A stretch of 64,000 nt of DNA. Origin: Leucoraja erinacea. Taxonomy: Eukaryota. The position numbers were made by a program, and so were the translations under genes. Of this stretch, positions 48,576 to 61,554 are shown one piece after another. Location: contig NC_073392.1 of the NCBI RefSeq assembly GCF_028641065.1, positions 21,886,001 to 21,950,000 on the forward strand, written 5' to 3'. Positions within the stretch are counted from its first letter, which is position 1, and each line of letters starts with the position of its first letter. Below the pieces are notes generated by a model. It was not told where the DNA came from. It saw nothing but the letters and a program-made list of their open reading frames with translations, and searched no databases.

Positions 48576-49342
48576 AAACTGACTTTCAATTAAACTTTTT
48601 GTTGTGAACACCAACAATTTCATAAGTGACAAGTGCCATCTTAAGATGTAGATTCCATGCTTGCTTCTTGATCCATCAGTGTTACGAATATATTATGTAT
48701 ATTAGGTCTCTAGACACAAATTGTCCACATTTTTGTTCTATAAAACAACATTTTGGACGGGATTGACAACTAGAATATTTAATCTCCTCACTGGATTTCT
48801 TTGCTTGTGACCTTTGGAATGCACTTCACAAGACAAAGACATCCCAGCATCCTACAGCTACATTGTGTGAAATCTGGAAACATTTCTATACTGAGAACTA
48901 GAATTCAACGCAATGGCTATGACTTTAAAGACAGGTGCCTGTATAAGATACTAAATTGGGTTAATTTCTCCTGTAGCATGTTTATTTTTGTGTTTGATCT
49001 GAATTATGTTTTAATCATTTTATGTGAATTTAAAAGCTTTATAAAAGCTATATATATAGAATAAAAGCTATATATAGAATACATTTTTTAGGAACACATT
49101 TAGTTTACAACGGTGTAATGAAGCTGTGGTTTTAGAGCATGTAGGGTGACACTCATTTTTGGAAAATATGCAATGCAGCCAATGCAGTCCAGCCACAGGA
49201 TAATAAAATGGTTTGTTTACTGAGGCAAATGGAGTAGCCTTAACATGAGTATTTTTGCATACATGCCTGTTAAGTGCAATGTATAGTTATGAAGGAAGCA
49301 AGCAGTGTGAACACTGCAAACAAACAGGCATTGCGGACTTAC

Positions 49343-49360
49343 ACCCTACTATCTTCATCT
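49343..49360 (-). CDS. Candidate 18-nt alternative microexon of DOCK3 (AGATGAAGATAGTAGGGT)
   Basis: Minus strand reads TGACTAAT (branch-like) ... ttatccctcttcccctctttctctgctgcag|18 nt|gtaagt. Open in phase 1, the phase of the host intron. No transcript evidence. Confidence 0.5.
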
Positions 49361-51491
49361 CTGCAGCAGAGAAAGAGGGGAAGAGGGATAACACAAAGAT
49401 TGTGACATTAGTCAACAGAACAATATATAACCAAACACTGGGATTTACACTTTCAGTAAATAACAGACTATATTATAATTAAAACATTGCTGCAATTAAC
49501 AGGGACACAGTTTTGAAAGTTAAAGCAGAACAATAGAAAAGGATTATTATCAAATGGAGAAATTAATCAGGAGATTCAATGCCACCGTTTGTTTGTTGCC
49601 TTTCAAAACATATGCTCTATTTACATCAATAAATGTTTTGAATTCAACCTTATTATGCAATTATCAGTGAGCATCACAAAACAGATTGCTCAAATCGATT
49701 TTCCACATACCTTCCATCTAATACTTAATCCTTAATTTAGGACAAGGCCACCAAAAATTTCAAAAGCAATCATTAAATATATTCATAAAATTAGTTAAAT
49801 ATTAGAAATAGCTCAAAGTTTCATGCAAGTAGATCTAGCATTTACAAGTTCATCTGTTCCTGGTCACATCGTTTTGGCTTCAGTAATAATCTTTTAAATA
49901 TGCATGCACGTGAATATAATTCAAAGAGAGGGGAAGCAAAATGACCATCATCAAAGTTACTTTATTTTTGCTGTATCATTCCATATTACAGGAAACCTAC
50001 TTTGTACAACAATTTTGCATATAAGAGAAAGATGCATAACAGGGATGCATATTCTACATGTGTACAACAATGCAAAGAGTTTATTATATTCTTATAAATA
50101 AAAAAATACATTGAAATGTGAGGAATGAGTAGCAGGAAGTATCTCTTCATTAATGATAAAGATTAAAATTTAAATTTAAAATTCTTAATTCAGAGCCTGA
50201 GGAAGAGTTGTGTGTGTTAATAAGGGAACTGCAACAACTCCAGAAGATAATTATGATATGTAAAGTCTTGATCTTAAACTTGAACACAGTTGAATAATAA
50301 ATGTCATGGATCATCAGGAGATACGATAATGGGAAAACTGTTCATAACGACAAGATCACTGGTATGTTGCGGCAAGTTCACAACAGATAGCAAGAAACAA
50401 AAAAGGCTTGAGGAACAAGAAAAGGACAAATAGAGCAACAATTGTATCTTAAAAATACCTATTCTAAATTCATCATTAGTAAGGTACATGTAGTACCTGT
50501 AAATGTATAGTGACATTGAAAAAAACAATACATTTAATATGTGGTTATCATGGGAACAACAAGCTATTTGCATTGTTATCAAGTTTTATAAAGTTCAAGG
50601 GTCCTATTTATTTTATCAGGGACAAGTATTTATCAGTAATTGTCATTCACATCTGTGATTACCGATTCAAATAAATGTACCAATATATAGTGATTACTAC
50701 TGCAAATATCATGGCATTTTAGAAATAACTATTTCTGCGCTACCCACTTATCATTTAACAATTTTATAGTTGTATTCAAGCCTGGAGAAGACAAAGGTCC
50801 TTCTGCTGCACTATACACTTTACATAGCACATTTCTACTTATGTAATAATTCAAGGCAAAGCATGAAATATTCTCGAATACATGGTACAAGTAATTAGAT
50901 CTCTGATAATCAACTATTCTTTTCAGTTAACAATAGACCAAAACATATTATAAAGGATATTGAGCATAGATTTCAAAAGGGAAGGTCAAACTACAACAGC
51001 CTTATTATTTTTTTTGACATAGCAACAGAAGTAGTAGTAGATGTGACATAAGATTTTCAAAAGATATATAAATACTGCATGACTAGAGTGTGTGGATTCA
51101 GGTTACAAGTAGAAAGATTGAACGATAACTACAGAATAAAAAGAGGAGCGTTTAAGGATCAGTGCTGTGATCAATGTTCATAATTTACATGGCATCTATA
51201 GTTTATGAAATTAGAAATATAATTTCCATATGTACAAAATACCAACAAATAAGCAAATAAGAAATGGAAAAATGCATCAAAATGAAAAAAACGTTTTTCA
51301 AAATGCATGTGCAACAACCAACTTCAAATAATTATAAGATGTTACATTATGCTACAAAGCATAAAGAGGCCATATATTGGATAATAAGAGTCTGAAAGAA
51401 CTTGAAGAACACGTTAAAAAATATTAAGAAGTAAAGTTACGAAAATAAAATAAATTTTATTACTGTGCTTGAACTACTGCTGTTTGTGATA

Positions 51492-52818
51492 CAGGTGCAC
51501 AACCTTTTATCCAAAAGCCTTGGGACCAGACACTTTTCGTAATTCGGAATTTTTCGGCTTTCGGAATGGAAGATTTTTAGCGTAGATTTTAACGGCTGGC
51601 TCAGTGGTAGAGTGCTCGGCTCATATCCGCAAGGTCGCGAGTTTGCACCTCCATCCCGGCAGTTACTCGATCGCGATTTTGAGTCTTCAATGTAGTTTTA
51701 TCTTGCAGAATAGGAGAGAATAGGGAGGGTTAGGCTGGGATAATTCTCTGCGAGATGATCTTAGTGCGGGAGACAAGTGTAGGAGAGGTGCACTGACTGT
51801 GTGGGCAGAACTTTGGAAGTGATTGCCCACCATTCTCAAAAGCCGCTGTGTCTCCCTGTCCCTGGGATAGCAGGGGGCGATCAAACAGCACAATACCCCT
51901 CTCCCCCTCCCCCTCCAGAGGAACCCGCTCCCCGATGGGCCGCTAGGGCGACAAGTTGCAGTTCGCCCACAGCCCGAGCTGCGCCATCCCAAGAACAAGA
52001 GGTACCTTGCACACCATCAGCTTCTGCCCCTACGGGGAGCGTGTTCCTCTGGAGTTGGAGCGGGGCTGGGCTGGAGTTGCTGATCTGGGATCTCCGTGCT
52101 TGCAGTGGGCCTGGGGGTTGGTGTCCCGATGAGGGGGCGCAGCTCGGGCTGTGGGCGAACTGCCACTTGTTGCCGTAGCGGCTCATCGGTGAGCGGCTTC
52201 TGGTGGTCCTGACGTCTCCGGCCACCCCCCTGTACAGGAGCTGAGACTGGGAACTGTACCGCCCTTGCAGGTGAGCAGGAGAGTGGGGTTGTTTGCAGTT
52301 GCAGAGGGAGGGGGCAAGGGCGGTACAGTTCCTAGTCTCAGCTCCTGTCCAAGCGGGTGGCCGGAGACGTCAGGACCAACAGGAACCCGCTCCCCGATGG
52401 GCCGCTACAGCGACAAGTGGCAGTTCGCCCACAGCCCGAGCTGCGCCCCCTCATCCACAACCCGGGTTCCTCTGGTGTTAGAACGGGGCTGGGCTAGAAT
52501 TGCTGCTGGCTGTGAGTCTCTGGGATCTCCGTGCTTGCAGTCGGTGTCCCGTTGGTCCTGACGTGGGAACTTTTTAACTCAGCGGGCAGGCAGCAGATTG
52601 TCAATTATTAACCCTCCCGCCCAATATACCCTCACCTTCTCTTTTATGAATGGGGATTTAGTTCCCCTTTCTTTGAGGACCGACCGGAGGTTCCGCTGTC
52701 ACCTCTGTGGGCCACCCTCGGTGAACGTCTTCAAGGACCTTTCTTCAATGACCGAAAAAATGTCCGCTATTCGGAGCTTTTTGTTATTTGGAATTTCGGA
52801 TAAAAGGTTGTGCACCTG
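51492..52818. mobile_element. Tc1/mariner-pogo-type MITE (1.33 kb) with tRNA-like segment and long internal hairpin
   Basis: Perfect 21-bp TIRs caggtgcacaaccttttatcc / ggataaaaggttgtgcacctg flanked by TA; no transposase ORF. Confidence 0.9.
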
Positions 52819-52954
52819 TATATATAAATGGCTTGGGCGTAAACATAGGTGGATTGCTTAGTAAGTTTGCAGATTACACCAAGATTGCTGGGGTCACGGA
52901 CTGTGAAGAAGGTTGTCAAAGTATATAATGGGATATAGAGCAGCTACAGCTACT

Positions 52955-54888
52955 CACAAATACATCGGGGAATGTTCAGGAATATTATTAGCCTAATTCC
53001 CGAACTCCTAAACTACCTCACTAATGTCACGAAGCTCACTAATGCAAGATATAAGTATGCTGTTCGCTTCATCAGTAAAAATGAGCAAGCTATGAGGGCT
53101 GATTCCATGGCTAAGAAGCTGCTAAGTAACAATGCTACAGATTTTTGGAAGGAAGTGAGAGCTCTTAGCAGTTGCAAAACATCTCTACCATGTACTGTAG
53201 ATGGAATCTCCGGAACAGCTAATATCGCGGAGTTATGGCGACCACGTTATAGCACTTTATTCAACTGTGTCCAAGGTGACTTGTATAGGGTGGAAAATAT
53301 TGAGAGTAATGACTCGATGGTGATTATGTCACATGAGGTGTATCATGCCATGAACAAGCTGTCCAACAACAAAGCAAGTGGCTTGGATCATATCTCTGCT
53401 GAACATCTTAAGTATGCGAGTATGAGGATAGCTCCTCTCCTAGCTATTTGTTTTACTGGCTTTATGATTCATGGCTTGTTACCAGACTCAATGTTGTCTG
53501 TCCTGTTAGTGCCGGTCATTAAGGACAAAGCTGGTAAAGTAGGCGCCTAAATAATTACAGGCCCATAGCTTTAGCCAGCATATTGTCAAAAGTCTTAGAA
53601 AGAGTTCTGCTAGATAGAATAAATGAGTTTGTTAACTCCACAGATAACCAGTTTGGCTTTAAAGCTAAACATGGCACTGACTTATGCATATATGCCCTAA
53701 AGGAGACTGTAAACAAATATAGAGGCAAAAACTCTTCAATCCTGGTGTGCTTTATTGATGCTTCCAAAGCCTTTGACCGTGTTAATCACAGAAAGCTGTT
53801 TGGTAAAATGAGTCAAAGAGGGGTGCCTGAATACATTGTTAGAATTCTGGCCTACTGGTATGCCCACCAGACTATGCAAATAAAATGGGGCAATAGGGTC
53901 TCAGCCCCATTTGGGGTTTGCAATGGTGTTAGACAAGGGGGAATTTTGTCCCCAGTCCTTTTTAATCTATATATTGATGATCTGTCTAAACAATTGAAAG
54001 CCTGGAACACTGGGTGCGTGATTGATAATATTTTAGTGAACCATATTATGCAGATGATCTTGTGGTCTTTAGTCCATCTAGCGCTGGTCTCCAGCAGCTC
54101 CTTACTATATGTTCCGTGTATGGTGTGGAACATGACATTAAATATAATGCTAGTAAGAGTGCTGTTATGGTCTGTAGAACCAAAGAGGATAAATGCCTAA
54201 AATATCCTGTTTTTAAATTATCTGACAACAATCTAAGTGTCTGTAATAAGATAAAATATCTAGGGCATATTATTACAGAGCAAATGACAGATGACGAGGA
54301 TATTTATAGGCAACGACGCATGATGTATGTACAGGCAAATATCCTATTGCGTAAATTTGGTGCGTGTGCAGATGTGGTGAAGATGTCGCTATTTAGAGCA
54401 TACTGCACACCCCTCTACACTGCGCACCCATGGTCGAAGTATGCAGAGACTAAAGGTGGCATAAAATGATGCCATGAGAACACTGCTAAGGCAACCTAGA
54501 TGGTGTAGTGCCAGTAATATGTTTGTGGCCGTAGGAGTCAGTACTTTAGAAGCTATCCTAAGACACATGTATAAATTCATTTGCAGGATAAATGACTCTA
54601 AAAATGTGCTTATTGTGGCCTTGACAAACATAAGGGTTAGCACTACACGCTACGAATCCCGGTTGTGGAGACACTGGTATCGTTGTCTCATTGTAGGACA
54701 TTGATCATCTTTTAATCTGGACTTAAGTATTGTGGGTTTTTGTTAAATATAAATTATGATGTTTTTATGTGATATACCATGATTTTATATATATTTATGA
54801 TATTTGATATGCAATGCATTTTTAATGTAATGTTGCCCCTTGTCTGGACCTTGAGTCCGTAATAAAGTTTATTATTATTATTATTATT
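52955..54888 (+). mobile_element. 5'-truncated non-CR1 LINE, probably RTE-X clade, with few disabling mutations
   Basis: ORFs 52972-53550, 53583-54200, 54062-54469 and 54474-54704: KASGLDHISAEHLKY, QFGFK, FIDASKAFDRV, GVRQGGILSP, tatgcagatgat (YADD); AATAAA + (TTA)n tail. Confidence 0.85.
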
Positions 54889-55845
54889 ACCTCTTTGCAG
54901 CCTTTGTACTGTTTCATACCTAGACTTTCTTTGTGGTTGTAACACTATATTCTGCACTCTACCTTTCTCCATTGAACTACCTGTTGTTCTCACATATGGT
55001 TTGATTGTAATCATGTATGGATGATTTATCAGGGTAGCAGGATTAGTTGGCACTTCGCAGAAATATTTGGTCTGAATAATTATCTAGAAATTAGATTGCA
55101 ACGTTCTGGTGTTTTAACTGTGATGTGATTGATGTTTTTGGAAGCATCTGGATCTGATAGTGTACCTGATCACATTCTCAAAACCTGCAGGGACCAACTG
55201 GCTTGAATAATTGTGGAAAAGTAATGCTACAGGTTCTTCATTCATTTGCTTTATCCATAATACTCCTTGAATTGAAATAAACAATCTTCAGCACACCAGT
55301 TTCAATCTCTCCCCTGACTGCCCTCCTTTGAGGCTTACTTGTCATAACCTCTATCTTCCCATCAGTCTTTCCACTTGTTGACCTTCTGCTCTGGTTTCTA
55401 CCTCCGACCAGTCTAGTTTAAATCCTCCTGAGTAGCACTACTGAACATACCTGCAAGGATATTAGACTCACTCCAATTCAAGTGTAACCCATCATTCTTA
55501 TACAGGTCACCTTTGCCACAAAAGGTTTAAAAATATGAATCAATGCACCAACTCCTCAACCACTCATCATCTGTCCTATCTTCCTTGTCTACCCTTGGTA
55601 GCATGCAGCACCAGGAGTAAACTAGAGATGGTTGTGGAAGGAAAGATGATTTGGGTTCTAGGCATACGTGGAGAGGTTATTAGAGCCATGCCAGATGTCC
55701 CTTCTCCATTGTGCATGATCATGGGCAAGGGACTTCCATGAGTCAGTCTACCCCCACCCCATTTATTCATGGAGGTTTTGCAGTGTTTTGTCATTATTCC
55801 CCTGGATAAAAATGGTGAAAATGAATAAGGTATTGCAGAAAGTAA

Positions 55846-56577
55846 TGGGCCTGTCCCACAGTGCAGTCGCCACATGCTCGCGGGTTGTTGTCAAGGAATT
55901 GCCTTTATGGTCGTGAGGAGTTCCCGCATTCTGGGAACTAGTCGCGGCTTCATTATGGTCGCCATGAATTTTTCAACATGTTGAAAAATTAGCGGCGACT
56001 AGAATGAAGCCACAATGGAGAGTAGCGAGAATTCTCGAGCCGTAGGTGGGTCACCAGGAGGTCCTGATGGGTTGCCAGGAGGTCGAAGGTTCGCGGAGAT
56101 TCTCGTAGGTTGCAGCCAGTGCTGACCGGTGAATTTAATTGGCCCATTGGGAAAAAAAAGGTAAGCAGTAGTTTTCAGAACCAAGGCTAAATGTCCGCCG
56201 AGCTTCTCAGCCATGTATCTCTGGCTTCTTAAAAGTTGTCTCCACTCTTTCACCCCCGTTCACTCCGCTCACCCCCCCTCTTTTAAAGGACTTACTGTAC
56301 ACTGTGCTTTACCTGTCTTTTTACAGAGCAAACCTTCCTGTTCATCGCGGTGAGTGTCTGTTTCTCCTTGGCTTTGCATCATGTGAATCTTTTAGACAGC
56401 GCTCCCCCGCTTGCCCTGTCCCCTGCCTGCATAACGGGCTGGTGAAGGAAGCAATGTGTTTGCGTGTGTGTGTTCCACTCGACAGTCGCCTTCCAATTGC
56501 CGGTTTTTCAGGCGACTGCCGGCAACTTGACAGTCACCGACAGTCCGCTGAAAAGTCACCTAAGTGGGACAGGCCCA
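55846..56577. mobile_element. PIF/Harbinger MITE
   Basis: TIRs tgggcctgtcccac / gtgggacaggccca with TAA TSD (55843-45, 56578-80). Confidence 0.9.
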
Positions 56578-58150
56578 TAACAGTCTTTGTCTGAAAGACA
56601 ACATAACAATAAAGAACAGAAAATTATGACCCAAGTAGCCAATCAGGAACTGATCTAATGGTTAATCACAAACCCACATCAGAGGACAATAAGGTTGGGA
56701 TTGGGAACTTGGAATATCAAAACTGCTATAGCTGGAAGTCAGCTGCCATAAGAAAGTGTATTCAGTTTAGACAGACAATCTGAGAAACATTAACCGCCAC
56801 CCAAGTTTGAGATCTTGAATGTAGTAGTTTAAGTGATTTCCAAATACTTTAACTGATTTGTAATAATTGATAGTATTTGTACAAGGTATGACCATGGTAA
56901 TTGATTCTATTTATCATCTGTTCTTCAAGTCAATTTTTTTGTTGGGCCATCGCCATCTTGTGCCTTTGGAGCTGTACAGGATTATAAAGGCAGCAATGTG
57001 CATTCAAAACAGGAATATATAATCACATTGATCTCATTCCAATGCCTCGTCAGTGAAGGATTAGTACGCTTTTTTGGAATTATTTTAATTCCTAGGTGTA
57101 CACTGCTTAAAATCTTTCTCAGGGTTTTCGTACTAGACACGAATAATTGGCTCCTTTATTCCGAATGACTGATATAACATTGAAGAATTTCAAATGCATG
57201 TTTTTCTCTCCATTACTGTATATTTCTATCCATTCTAAGGCATATAATACTTTTGGGGAAAAATGAATGAAATGCAAACAATTACAGATTAATTTTGAAT
57301 ATTAATTAAGGTTAGTCTGAGAAGCATGATAAATAGCATATGGATGGTAATTAAATAATTCCATATTTTGGAATTAGAAACCAAGGCAGTTTTAATGGTA
57401 ATAAATTCCATTTCATAAGATGTCATGTCTTTAATGGAGAACACGATGAACCTCAAATTGATTATGGCAGTGAGGCAATTCTCCATTTTTTTAAAAAGAA
57501 AATTAAATCTTACAAGATTTCTTCATCTTGTAGATTACAATTCAGTAATATCATTCCCAATGAAACATGACTTGGAGATGGATACATTAAAAAGAGAGGG
57601 GTTGCTAAATGCCATAAACAGTAGCTCGGCAGCAAGTGTTCTTGCATTGTACAAAACAATTCACTATTTGGCATTATGTGCAATTATGGCAGAATATTTT
57701 CCAATTGCCAAGTGAGTATTCACTGCTGTGGATAGAAAACATCCCATTTACTTCATGGACGTTGTAAGACATAAATTGGTTCCTGCAAACAACTGCAAAA
57801 CATATTCATTGATTGCGAGGCAATTTGGTACATTCCAGGGATATAAATGTGCATGCACCAGCTTCTTTCTTAAAATGTGGTGCAAGTTCTGGAGAGATAT
57901 CCAGTTTGTGATAAGCATTTGATTTGAATAATAGCCTCATTAGCATTCTTTATCCTCTCCAAAACAAAAACATTCTTGTACTGCAAGAGTTTGAGACAAA
58001 TGCAAGTATTGGGTGAGTCTGGTGACAAGGAGGCTAAATATAAATAGGAAGACAAAAGCGCCCCCAATGTTCTCTCACTAACTTATACACTTATTCAGTG
58101 TATAATTGATTATATTGTTTTTATCTTGGTTTATTTTTTTTACTGTGGTT

Positions 58151-60975
58151 ATGGCTGCTGCTCTCAGGAATTATTGGGTTTGATGCAGACCTTGCAGAGC
58201 GATGGCGTGTATTCGAGGAAGATTTCTTAATCTACATTGATGCAGCGTATCCAGCTGCTACTCCTGCTCCGTGCTTCAATCCTCCTTAACACTGAAGCTG
58301 CTCGATGTGCCAGAAGATTTCACAATGCACCGGCTGGAGTCAATGCTAATGGTGTACAGATTCCAGCAGAGTCTGACCGTAATCCTGAATGTCTCCTATG
58401 TAAATTCCGACAACTATGTGAGTTACAAATTAATGTGAGCTTTGAACGACATAGATTTTTCTCACTGTGTCAAAAACAAGGAGAACCGGTCGAGCTACAT
58501 GTCAGTGCACTGAAGCATGTCGCTAGTTGATGCGATTTTAGAGAAATTCAAGATAGCTTGATAAGAGTGCTTAATACATGGCATATTGAATGATAAACTA
58601 CGTGATGAATTATTACGTGAAGTTGGCCTGACCTTAGAAGCTGTCAAAAACCACTGTCATATAGCTGAGTTAACCAATGCCCACATTAAAACTTTAACAT
58701 CCTCTGCTGCTCGTGAAGTCAATGCAGCCAGTGTGTCTAATCAAATTACTGCTCGCCCATTCCAGGGGCCTGTTAACAGCCCAAGATGGATTACTAATTG
58801 CTTTAATTGTGGCGGTTCACACACTGCAGTTCGCAACCGGTGCTCTGCATATGGAAAACTCTGCAGGTTTTGCAATAAAATAAATCATTTTGCGAAATGC
58901 TGCAGGTCATGAAACAACAAATTTCAAACGAGACAGTCTGTCAACTCGTTAAACCAGGATGAATATCCAAGCTCTGAGTTCACACAAACAGATGGTGACA
59001 ACACCGCGATTAATGTGCATGCTTTAGCTGGTTCAGCGTCCAAACTCAATCCCAAGGTCGGACTGCTCTTTAACAGCAAAACTCTTTATCTTAAAGTTGA
59101 TAGCGGGGCTAGGTGCAACACAATTTTGCTGGCTGTCTTCCAACAGCTGCAAAATACAGAAACTAACACAGCCAACTGTATCACTTATCTCCTTTAATGG
59201 TGCACCACTACACCCTATCGACCAAGTAAAGTTGCGTTGCCGTCTCAACACGCGTGCCCACATCCTGGATTTCTACGTGGTACGCAGGAAGGTACCATCG
59301 ATACTGGGTGCCGATGCATACCATGACAGGGGTTTGATTTCCTTCAGCCCTTCAGTCTGTCCACTGACTATAGGCTGTGATTTTATACATCACATTTTAA
59401 CACAATACAAAGGTTTGTTTGACGACTAGCTGGGCAGGTTGCCTGTGGGATACACGATTATTATTGACCCTGAGGCAATACCTGTTGTTTGTCCGGCTCA
59501 CAGGATACCCCATACTATGCGGGATCGTGTACGAAGTGAACTTAACAGAATGGTGGCTCTTGGTGTGATTACTCCCATAACTGAACCCTCAGACTGGGTC
59601 TCCTCAATGGTTTTCACTACTAAGAAGAATAAAGATGAGATACGGATTTGTATTAACCCCAAGGACTTAAATACAGCAATTAAGAGACCACGTTATCCAA
59701 TGCGTTCGGTGGACGAGCTTGCGGCGCAGATGACCGATGCAACTGTATTCACAGTGCTAGATGCCAAGAGTTCATTCTGGCAGATTCCGCTGGACGATAT
59801 CCTTATTGCTGGAAAAACGATTGAGGAACATGATGCCAATCTGACAAAATTATTGAAGCGTGACGAGGCCATCCATCTCAAACTCAATCCCAAAAAATGT
59901 AGATTCAGAGTGAATGAGGTAAAATATCTAGGCCATATATTTACCAAGGACGGCCTGAAAACTGATCCAGCGAAAACCAGTGCTATTAATGAACTTCCAG
60001 CACCCACGGATGTGCCCAGCTTGCAGAAGTTCCTTGGCATGGCGAACTATTTGAGCAAATTCATTCCAAATTTCAGCGAAATATCAGCCCCATTGCGCCA
60101 TCTCACACACAAAGACTCTGCTTGGACCAGGCATGAGCAACAATAGACAGCGTTTGACACTCTAAAACGGCATATGTCGGCCACCCCTACTCTAGCATAC
60201 TTTGATCCTAGACTGCCTATTACACTTACATGTGGCGCCTCACAACACGGCCTGGGCGCTGCATGCCTTCAGAATGATGGCCATGGCAATAAGCCTGTCG
60301 CCTTTGCCTTGTGCACCATATCTGACACAGAACAACGATACGCCCAAATCAAGAAAGAGTTGTTAGTGGTTGTGTTCGCCTGCAAAAAGTTAAACGATTC
60401 CATCTTTGGTCACACTATTACAATTGAAACTGACCACCAACCTCTTATCAGCATTTTCAATAAACCTATTCATAACTCTCCAGCGCACCTACAACAGATG
60501 TTACTACAACTTCAAAAATATGACATCGTCCTGACGTATAAACATGGAAAGGATATGCACCTGGCAGACACTCTTTCACGTGCACCTCGGAAAACCTGCG
60601 AGGATCTACCCTCGCAGGATGATGACTTTATCGTGATGTCCTTCATCCCTTCATCTTGGATGGAGGACTTAGTTGCCCACACTGCCACTGACAAGACCCT
60701 ATGGTCGCTAACTTCTGTCATTAAGCGCGGCTGGCCAGACAAGCATTACAACGTTCCGTTGCCAGTCCGAACTTTCTTCCCTGTTCGGGACGAAAAAGTG
60801 CTACAAGACGGCATTGGTTTAAAAGGACACAAGGCCGTGGTTCCTGTTTCGCTGCATCACCGGTATTTTGACGCTGTCCATGCAGGACACCCAGGTGCTG
60901 AAGACACGGGCGAAAAGCATGTCTTACTGGCCTGGCATGGCCGAATACATCAACGAAAATGAGGCAGCATGTGAG
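58151..60975 (+). mobile_element. Decayed Ty3/Gypsy LTR-retrotransposon internal region (gag, protease, RT, RNase H, integrase N-terminus)
   Basis: Two Cys/His knuckles (CFNCGGSH...C; CRFCNKINHFAKCC); protease LKVDSGA; RT LDAKSSFWQ/DDILI; RNase H YAQIKKELL, IETDHQPL, ADTLSR; HAGHPG. Several stops and frameshifts; no LTRs seen. Confidence 0.92.
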
Positions 60976-61009
60976 AACTTGTATTGCATGTTCCTAATAA
61001 ACTCTATAT

Positions 61010-61330
61010 AACTGAGATGGTGTGAGGCCAATGTTATTATAAGGACTACAAATCAGCAAGGTGGATGGGTGTTTTTATAACTTGAAATCTGGAGCAAGTG
61101 CTGTACTGCCGGGATTAATATTGAGACCTTCATTGTTTGTAAATTACAAGGATGAACAAGTAGGTTACATGATTAATAAGTTTGAGATGATACAAAAATT
61201 GGTTGTTTCATAAATAGCAAAGAATACAGTACATAGATCACCTGGAAATTTAGGCAAGACAGCAGCAGATGGAACTTAATTCAGACAGGAGTGGGGTCAA
61301 ATTCTGGGTAAAGGGCAAGCATCTAAAGGA
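61010..61330 (+). mobile_element. Old CR1 RT fragment
   Basis: Degenerate PQG.LLRP.LFV and aataagtttgagatgatacaaaaattgg (KF.DDTKI). Confidence 0.5.
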
Positions 61331-61554
61331 GCATGGAGCATACAGAACGGCTGTGAGCTGGCCTTCTCCAATTGTCAATGAGAATAATGAATTGCTTGAG
61401 ACCTCATGTAAGATTATCACTGTATCTGTATTTTAATCTTCTGCATGTTGCAGGTGGCTGGTGCATCATTGTTCACAGTTGGTAAATGAACATAACCTCT
61501 GACTGCACTTGCAAAACCTACAGTCTCTGCAACAGCAAGAACAGCAAGAACTGC

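Noticed and set aside
51593-51660. tRNA gene
   Set aside because: The B-box/T-arm is degenerate and the segment lies inside a MITE; treated as tRNA-derived sequence only.
58151-60975. Domesticated gag/pol-derived host gene
   Set aside because: Several in-frame stops, frameshifts and an RT-core deletion indicate a decaying element.
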